The translations under genes and the position numbers were made by a program. This document shows, piece by piece, positions 58,172 to 64,000 of a DNA stretch of 64,000 nt. The DNA is taken from positions 1,155-65,154 of the forward strand of contig DAJR01000027.1 in assembly GCA_002496385.1 (NCBI GenBank). The letters are read 5' to 3'. The stretch's first letter is position 1; the number at the start of each line of letters is the position of its first letter. Source of the stretch: Methanomassiliicoccales archaeon UBA147 (GTDB taxonomy: Archaea; Thermoplasmatota; Thermoplasmata; SG8-5). The notes beneath the pieces were generated by a model. It searched no databases. It saw nothing but the letters and a program-made list of their open reading frames with translations, and was not told the DNA's origin.

Positions 58172-58703
58172 CTGTCCTGGCCTCCATCGTCCCGATTATC
58201 TCCGTCACTATCTCTTCAGGGGTAGGTTTGTCCGAATGAACGACATGATTGTAAACCGCCAGGGAGTCCATGTCTATGCCGTAGATGCCGAGATATCTTT
58301 CCTTCTCGCATTTCTCCCTCATGCGTATTTCCTCGATGACCTGGCTTTCCGTTTTCGCTTCCCTGCCTGCGATGCGCTCCGCCCTCTTCTCGATGGTCGC
58401 CTCTATCCAGACCTTGAAGGCCTTGATGCCGTTCAGATGAAGCATGTGCCCTGCCAGCCTGCCTTCGAGAACCATGTTTTTCTTCTCTCTTGCCAGAGCG
58501 AGGATCCTTCTGTCCAGTTCCTTGTCGATATCAGGATTGTGAAGGGCTCTCTCACCGTATTCCGCCAGTGTGAGTTTCTGCTCCTCGGCCATTTCCCTGA
58601 ATATCATCCCGGTCGAGATGAATTCAATGCCCAGTTTCTCCGCGAGGAGTCTGCCTACAGTGGTCTTGCCGCTGCCGGGCGGCCCGCTGATGGTGATTAT
58701 CAT
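58164..58703 (-). CDS. cmk: Cytidylate kinase, archaeal type
   Basis: MIITISGPPGSGKTT P-loop, 179 aa. It sits in the conserved archaeal DUF106-cmk-cbf5 context. Confidence 0.8.
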   Translation of the reverse strand: MIITISGPPGSGKTTVGRLLAEKLGIEFISTGMIFREMAEEQKLTLAEYGERALHNPDIDKELDRRILALAREKKNMVLEGRLAGHMLHLNGIKAFKVWIEATIEKRAERIAGREAKTESQVIEEIRMREKCEKERYLGIYGIDMDSLAVYNHVVHSDKPTPEEIVTEIIGTMEARTDG

Positions 58704-59497
58704 TTCTCTTCCCCTTCGGCGCTGGCTGAAGAATCTTCATCCTCGATTATGAGATATTCGTCGGACTCCTTCTCGGTCTCATCCTCCACCGCCAATTCTT
58801 CATCGGGTTCCGCCACCCAGTTCTTTGAAGTCAGCGAATCTGGGTCTTTCAGGAACTTGTTGAAACTGTAGAGCTTGAAGACTCGCTGGATGACCTGCGC
58901 GACAGACATGGAAATCAGCATGTAGAGGAGCATCCAGTTCGAGAATGCGCAGCATGTGCTGGAGCTCAAAGCGGCATTCATGTCCACGTTGCTCGACCAG
59001 GGAACCGAGAGCGTGGCTCCGGAGATGTTGCCGATGAACGTGCCGATGAACGCAAAGGTGGCAACCAGGAATATCATCGTGAACATCATGGGCTTCATCT
59101 GGTCTATCATGGAGGTCATCTGGTCCTTCGACATGTCCAGCTGCTTCTGTGTGAGCCTCTTCACCTCCGCATCGTTCCCGGCCATCCTGGCGTCTCTCAG
59201 CTTCTTGTTGAAGTCTTTCATTTTAAATTGTTTTTCTGCTGAATCTATCCAGTCAATGAAATAATGCCGCACGGCGCTCGAGAAGGTGACGAGCAGGATG
59301 CCGGCCACCAGAACTGTCAGAACCGGAAAATTTCTGTCGAAGCCAATGAGGGGCTCGAGAATGATGCCAGCAATCCTCCCTACACCGTCCCTCAATTCGG
59401 GGATGAACATGATGAACATCGTTCCGAATATCATCATCATCATCATCATCTGGGAACTGACATTTCCCGGAGGCTGGGGTGCGGGGTTTCCTGCCAT
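58700..59497 (-). CDS. DUF106 family membrane protein (archaeal YidC/Oxa1/EMC3-like insertase) with an acidic C-terminal tail
   Basis: Three TM segments with a coiled-coil hairpin (KMKDFNKKLRDARMAGNDAEVKRLTQKQLDM). The start is uncertain: MAGNP at 59497, or the M6 run at 59449. The ORF extends to 59605 but would then overlap the DHH gene. Confidence 0.65.
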   Translation of the reverse strand: MAGNPAPQPPGNVSSQMMMMMMIFGTMFIMFIPELRDGVGRIAGIILEPLIGFDRNFPVLTVLVAGILLVTFSSAVRHYFIDWIDSAEKQFKMKDFNKKLRDARMAGNDAEVKRLTQKQLDMSKDQMTSMIDQMKPMMFTMIFLVATFAFIGTFIGNISGATLSVPWSSNVDMNAALSSSTCCAFSNWMLLYMLISMSVAQVIQRVFKLYSFNKFLKDPDSLTSKNWVAEPDEELAVEDETEKESDEYLIIEDEDSSASAEGEEK

Positions 59498-59529
59498 TCC
59501 TGTTCTCCTTGCTGGCTGATTGCTTTTCA

Positions 59530-60519
59530 CTATAATAGGCTTTCCTTGGCCGTGCGTCCCTGTCTCTCCTTGCCCTTCAGCAGTAATATGGTTCTTGAAG
59601 AGCATATCCCAAGCATGGCCTCGACATCCCCCTTCCCCGAGAGACCCGCAGCGCCGTCATGTCCGCCGCCCTGTCCTCCGCATTCCGCAGCAATCGAGTT
59701 GAACATATCTCCAAGGTGAACTCCTGCTGTTACCGCGGCATTGTTGGCTCTCCCCGTGATTCTGAAGCCATCTTCTTTCTGAGAGCCGGAAAAAGCGACA
59801 TCCGCCCCGACGGATAGCAGGGCCTGGCACGCAGCGGACTCAAAAGCCCCTATCTCGGTGACCGCCACGACCCACTCACCTATCCGGTCGAACTTCAACC
59901 GCTGGGCGGCTTTGAGCCTGGATATCCTCCTCGCGCTATCCTGGTCGTCCGCGCTATCGAATACAATCTGCACATCATCAAGCCTCAAATCCGAAGCCCT
60001 CAAGATTTCAGATGCATTGGCCAATGTTCTGGACGTCCCTCTTTTCAAATGTCCAGTATCTGAAATGATCCCAGCCAAAAGGCAAATGCCGACCCTCCTG
60101 TCTATCTTTTTCGGTCTGCCCATCGTTTCCCAGACAAGTTCGCAGGCAGATGTCGATGCTTCATCGATCAAATAGCGCGGTGCAAGCTCTGCGGTATTAT
60201 CCCTGTGATGATCAATGATGGTGGCATTCTTCCAATCCACTCCGACATAGCCCAACGAAGAATCTCCCTGGGCGTCGACAACGACAATGTTGTGATTATC
60301 GAATTGCCGGATCGTTTCGGAAACATTCATTTCTAATTGCGCCAACAATCTTTTGCCAAGATGGCTCACTCCGGCCGGTGCGCAGAGAACGGAATTTCCG
60401 AAATGCACTGCGATTGCGACCGCACTCCCTGTGCAGTCCAGGTCGGCATTGGAGTGGAGAAAAATAAGATTAGGGCCTTTTTTTAACAGCGCAAGAATCT
60501 CTTTTGGGTCACTCTTCAT
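59530..60519 (-). CDS. DHH/DHHA1 family phosphoesterase (NrnA-like)
   Basis: The motifs HSNADLDCTGS, VVVDAQ, IIDHH, GIISDTGHL and GGGHDGAAG are present. Confidence 0.8.
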   Translation of the reverse strand: MKSDPKEILALLKKGPNLIFLHSNADLDCTGSAVAIAVHFGNSVLCAPAGVSHLGKRLLAQLEMNVSETIRQFDNHNIVVVDAQGDSSLGYVGVDWKNATIIDHHRDNTAELAPRYLIDEASTSACELVWETMGRPKKIDRRVGICLLAGIISDTGHLKRGTSRTLANASEILRASDLRLDDVQIVFDSADDQDSARRISRLKAAQRLKFDRIGEWVVAVTEIGAFESAACQALLSVGADVAFSGSQKEDGFRITGRANNAAVTAGVHLGDMFNSIAAECGGQGGGHDGAAGLSGKGDVEAMLGICSSRTILLLKGKERQGRTAKESLL

Positions 60520-60869
60520 GCCTTTTCCTTCTGGAGAGCCTCGGTGAGCTCCTTTTGCAGGTTCATGTGCATCTCTCGAAGCGTCTTATCCTGGTTTCCG
60601 AGAGTCTTGATTCGTATTTCCAGGGTCTCCTTTTTGTCCTCAAGTTCCTTCTTCAGGCTCTCTTTGTCGTCTGTCCGGACCAGGATAGCGCCCACGCTCT
60701 TGTAGATTTCAGCTCCCTTTTTAAGCTTGCCCAATTCCTCGATCGTCTTGTCCAACTCCGTAACCTGCATCTCTATCTGGTATTTTTGCTGGGCAATGAC
60801 CTGTATCTGCTGTTGAAGCTGCTGAAACTGCATTATCTTTCCCTGCATCTCTTGGCTGATGTCGTTCAT
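60516..60869 (-). CDS. pfdB: Prefoldin subunit beta
   Basis: A 117-aa coiled-coil protein with QFQQLQQQIQVIAQQKYQIEMQVTELDKTIEEL and a central beta-hairpin VGAILV. Confidence 0.85.
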   Translation of the reverse strand: MNDISQEMQGKIMQFQQLQQQIQVIAQQKYQIEMQVTELDKTIEELGKLKKGAEIYKSVGAILVRTDDKESLKKELEDKKETLEIRIKTLGNQDKTLREMHMNLQKELTEALQKEKA

Positions 60870-61108
60870 GGTATAGCTCCTATGACTTCATTGGTGTCGA
60901 TTGCAAGCTTCGTCCATCTGAGGTGCGAGTTCAAAGCCGCCCTCAGTGCCACCGCGTCTTCCGCTTCGATGTTTATGATGAGCGAGTCGTTCTCCCTGGT
61001 GATGTTTACAGACCCCCGGGAAATTTCATCGCGGGTTTCAGGCATCAGTGCCCGGGCATATGTTTCTTTGTTATTATTGGTGGCTATGCGGATGCTCGCT
61101 CTCATCAT
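60866..61108 (-). CDS. KEOPS subunit Pcc1-like protein
   Basis: The segment AEDAVALRAALNSHLRWTKLA matches the Pcc1 pattern. It is adjacent to pfdB, a common archaeal arrangement. The start is taken at MMRASIRI. Confidence 0.6.
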   Translation of the reverse strand: MMRASIRIATNNNKETYARALMPETRDEISRGSVNITRENDSLIINIEAEDAVALRAALNSHLRWTKLAIDTNEVIGAIP

Positions 61109-61460
61109 CGGGGAGGGTGAAGAGTTGTCCGTATTAACATTTTGGTCTAATTCTAATTCGGACTTCAATCGCTTTTCCCGCAACCTGTGGCAACCCCAGT
61201 TGCCTCATGGTCGCAACTGGAACTGAGATATATTTACTGCATAGATGCCGGGAACGCTCAGCCTTTCAGGGCTGGGATGAATCGATGAATTAAGACAGAA
61301 TCAATGTCCAACCATATTTCATCGAGAGAACTGCTCCGACCACATCAACTCGGATTCGAAGGAGCAGTGCGAATCGGCATGACCAGTAACATGAGATATG
61401 CCGTTGCATGCCGTACTCATGCAATCCAAGCAAATCGAATGATTTGTCATCTTCTGCAGA

Positions 61461-61541
61461 GGGGCTAGGGTTTGCTGGCTATCGTGAACAGCCAGCATAA
61501 AACATATGTTACCAACCCTAGACCCTAGTCCCTAGACCCCC
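61461..61541. repeat. Composite intergenic repeat element, copy 4 (core only)
   Basis: ggggctagggtt-TGCTGGCTA-tcgtgaa-CAGCCAGCA-taa-AACATATGTT-acc-aaccctagaccctagtccctagaccccc. Confidence 0.9.
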
Positions 61542-61871
61542 AGATTCCAAATAATTCAGACTGGCTTCGATGAATCAGTCATTCAACCGCCCCATGCTAA
61601 ACTTCCAGTCCGGTGCAAATGCCATCCCCTTCAAGGGCGGATAGTTTGCCAAAAATGAAGAACCGTGATTCCTTGGAATTCTCTCCTACATGCTGTCTCC
61701 ATTGCCAAGTTCTAGCTAAAGGTTGCTGTTGACGAATTATATCAATTATGGAGTTTCTCAATCACGGTATCAACCTTGGCATTGGATTCCCCTACTGACG
61801 AAGATTTTATAAACCTTCACGCGCTACAAGTTCAGGAAATATCTACAGGCTGACTATTGGAGAAACCTGAT

Positions 61872-63590
61872 ATGCCGATTTTTGGTGGTAAGAAGGAGAA
61901 AAAGAACAAGGCTGTTGCAGCTATTGAGGAACTCTTGAACGATGCCGACAAAAGCCTGAAAGCCGGCGATCTTGACAAAGCAGCATCGGAATACAGAAGG
62001 GCACACCGTTATCTCTATCGCGAAGAAAACATTGCTGAGAACCCTGACGATTTCTCAGTTTTGTTCACCAGAACCGGACATGGCCTGTTCGAGACCGGCG
62101 AGCCGGACAGGGCGGTCGAATGTTTTGATAAAGCCACCCAGCTTAATCCGAACAACACCGATGCCTGGATGAGCCGTGGAATTGTGCATATGAAGACCGG
62201 AGCGATGCTCAACTATGCCATCATGTGCTTCGATGAGGTTCTGAAACATCAGGAAAACAACCTGGAAGCAATGGAAAACAAAGTCGAAGCCCTGCTGCAG
62301 AGTAAAAAACAGGATGATGCAGCTAGCATCCTTGAGAGGATGATCCAGATTGCACCAGCAAACGAGGCGTACAAGAAAAAATTGGCAGAGTTGTCACCAG
62401 ACAACCTGGAGAACATCACAGCCAAATTGAAGAAATCCCCGAAAGATCCAAAGCTCTGGCGGAGAAGGGCAGAACTCCTTGAAGCCGAGGGAAGCATTTC
62501 GGAAGCGATAGAAGCCTATCTTCGGCTTGCTTATATTGCCAAAGAACCAGCTTTGTATGAGAAGGTTCTGGAATTGAATCCGAACAATATGACCGCAGTT
62601 GACAAGCTTCTTGAAGTCACTCCGGACAATGTCGGCCTGCTGATCAAGAAAGGCCAATTCCTTGTCAATGAGACAAAAACCGACGAAGCTGCGGCAATAT
62701 ATGAAAGGATACTGAGTATCGCTCCGGAAAACGAGACGGCCAAGAAAAACCTGAAAATCCTTCGCCCGCCACCGCCTGAATCTGTACCTGCCGTCGAGAC
62801 TTTGCCTCCTAAACCCACTCCTGAACCTGAATCGATTCCCGAGCCAGTTCCGCAGCCAATGCCTGTCCAACAGGAACCTGTCCCAGAACCGATTCCCGAA
62901 CCCATCAAGCTTGAGGTTTCGGAGCCAGAACCCGAACCGGCCCCTGAACCGGAAACGTCTCAACCTGTTGCTACGGAAGAACCGCAGGCGATACTGGAGG
63001 TGCAACCCGAAATCCAGAAACCCGAACCAGCCCCACAAACCACACCGATCCCTCCTACCCCAATGGATCCTTACCAGGCCAAGATTGCCAAGTACCCGAA
63101 CAATCCAGATGTCTATGTTGAGGCTGGCGACCATTATTTTGAAAATGAAGAGCTCGAGAAAGCTTTCGAGTGCTTCAGCAAGGCTGTCGAGCTGTCGCCG
63201 ACAGACACGGTAGCCCTGCACAACCTTGGTTCGGTACTGTTTGTAATGCAGAAGTACGACGATGTGGTTAAAACATTTGACAGATTGATTGCCATTGACA
63301 GCAATGACACTGCAGCCTACCTGACAAAAGGTGCGGCCCTGTTCAAGGCGGGGAAATATGATGAGTCCATTCAGGCACTTAATAACGTCGTCAAGAGAGA
63401 CATGAATGATGCCGCCGCCTGGTATTACAAGGCCTCGGCAGAGGCAATGAAAGGCAACCTGAAGCTTGTGGTCCCGTTCCTCACGAGGTCAGCTGAAGTC
63501 GAGGATGAATTCCGTGAGAGGGCCAAAACTGACCCATCATTTGACAAGGTAAGGGACACGCCCGAGTTCAAAGCTGTCGTGTTCAAATAG
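61872..63590 (+). CDS. TPR-repeat protein with a central Pro/Glu-rich low-complexity linker
   Basis: It contains multiple 34-aa TPR-like units (W...G.....A...F..A..L.P.N). The linker is [31 protein letters not shown].... ATG 61872 is preferred over the TTG at 61857. Confidence 0.8.
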   Translation: MPIFGGKKEKKNKAVAAIEELLNDADKSLKAGDLDKAASEYRRAHRYLYREENIAENPDDFSVLFTRTGHGLFETGEPDRAVECFDKATQLNPNNTDAWMSRGIVHMKTGAMLNYAIMCFDEVLKHQENNLEAMENKVEALLQSKKQDDAASILERMIQIAPANEAYKKKLAELSPDNLENITAKLKKSPKDPKLWRRRAELLEAEGSISEAIEAYLRLAYIAKEPALYEKVLELNPNNMTAVDKLLEVTPDNVGLLIKKGQFLVNETKTDEAAAIYERILSIAPENETAKKNLKILRPPPPESVPAVETLPPKPTPEPESIPEPVPQPMPVQQEPVPEPIPEPIKLEVSEPEPEPAPEPETSQPVATEEPQAILEVQPEIQKPEPAPQTTPIPPTPMDPYQAKIAKYPNNPDVYVEAGDHYFENEELEKAFECFSKAVELSPTDTVALHNLGSVLFVMQKYDDVVKTFDRLIAIDSNDTAAYLTKGAALFKAGKYDESIQALNNVVKRDMNDAAAWYYKASAEAMKGNLKLVVPFLTRSAEVEDEFRERAKTDPSFDKVRDTPEFKAVVFK

Positions 63591-63598
63591 GGGGGACA

Positions 63599-64000
63599 AT
63601 GAAGGATCTCTGGATTGAGAAGTATCGCCCAAAGGTGCTGGACGAGGTCGTTGGGCACCGCGATATCATAGAACGCCTGAAAGCCTATGTGGGAAGCAAC
63701 AATATGCCACATCTGATGTTTGCGGGACCCGCAGGGACAGGAAAAACCACCTGTGCTATCGCGCTTTCCAGGCAGATGTTTGGGGATGATTGGAGCAACA
63801 ATTTTCAGGAACTGAACGCATCTGATCAGAGAGGCATTGACGTCGTGAGAAAAACCATCAAGGATTTTGCCAGGACCTCGCCTCTCGGGGGGACGCAGTT
63901 TAAAATCATATTCCTGGATGAAGCGGATGCTCTCACATCGGACGCACAGGCCGCCCTTAGGCGCACCATGGAGAAATACTCAGGAACATGCCGTTTCATC
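63599..64000 (+). CDS. rfcS: Replication factor C small subunit (3'-truncated by window edge)
   Basis: This ORF is not in the track because the frame stays open to the window end. The motifs [24 protein letters not shown] and [14 protein letters not shown] are present. Confidence 0.9.
   Translation, partial: MKDLWIEKYRPKVLDEVVGHRDIIERLKAYVGSNNMPHLMFAGPAGTGKTTCAIALSRQMFGDDWSNNFQELNASDQRGIDVVRKTIKDFARTSPLGGTQFKIIFLDEADALTSDAQAALRRTMEKYSGTCRFI

Noticed and set aside
62760-63070. The PEPxP-rich stretch in the TPR protein could be a separate feature or a collagen-like or cell-wall-spanning domain.
   Set aside because: It is in frame within a single ORF, between two TPR arrays, and there is no signal peptide. 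It is most simply a disordered linker.

Overview
This is an archaeal chromosomal window. Archaea-specific markers include Cbf5, prefoldin beta, a Pcc1-like protein, RFC small subunit, archaeal-type ProRS and cytidylate kinase, a DUF106/YidC-like insertase and an archaeosortase. I support about 42 protein genes. I recognised no rRNA, tRNA, CRISPR array, transposase or integrase. All family names come from motifs I read in the ORF translations; no database search was run.

Layout:
- 1-9.3 kb: miscellaneous repair and accessory genes (radical-SAM/DUF4130 pair, methyltransferase, GNAT, P-loop kinase, AlkD-like protein), plus a low-GC islet (5.1-7.9 kb) containing a lysine-rich micro-ORF.
- 9.6-12 kb: a C-terminally truncated FtsZ-like GTPase downstream of two ribbon-helix-helix regulators.
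- 12.4-17.2 kb: a minus-strand operon of epimerase, archaeosortase with a zinc-ribbon tail, and Ras-like GTPase, followed by prs.
- 17.3-46.4 kb: a 29-kb block of five secreted or anchored proteins sharing domain modules.
- 46.4-64 kb: housekeeping genes (proS, single-chain PFOR, GlmU-like, glmS, the pcc1-pfdB-DHH-DUF106-cmk-cbf5-MTase operon, a TPR protein, rfc).

The 29-kb block is dominated by one 18.9-kb gene of about 6,295 aa. Its product has five N-terminal zinc ribbons, a TM anchor, 39 tandem DUF11-type repeats and a C-terminal PEF-CTERM sorting signal.

The strongest candidate for a new system is the archaeosortase/GTPase operon together with this giant PEF-CTERM protein, which appears to be anchored at both ends, and its module-sharing neighbours.

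A second unexplained signal is a four-copy composite intergenic repeat family. Each copy has (GGGTCTA)n / (CCCTAGA)n inverted arms, a conserved 9-bp-stem hairpin and a covarying palindrome. All four copies lie upstream of minus-strand gene starts.
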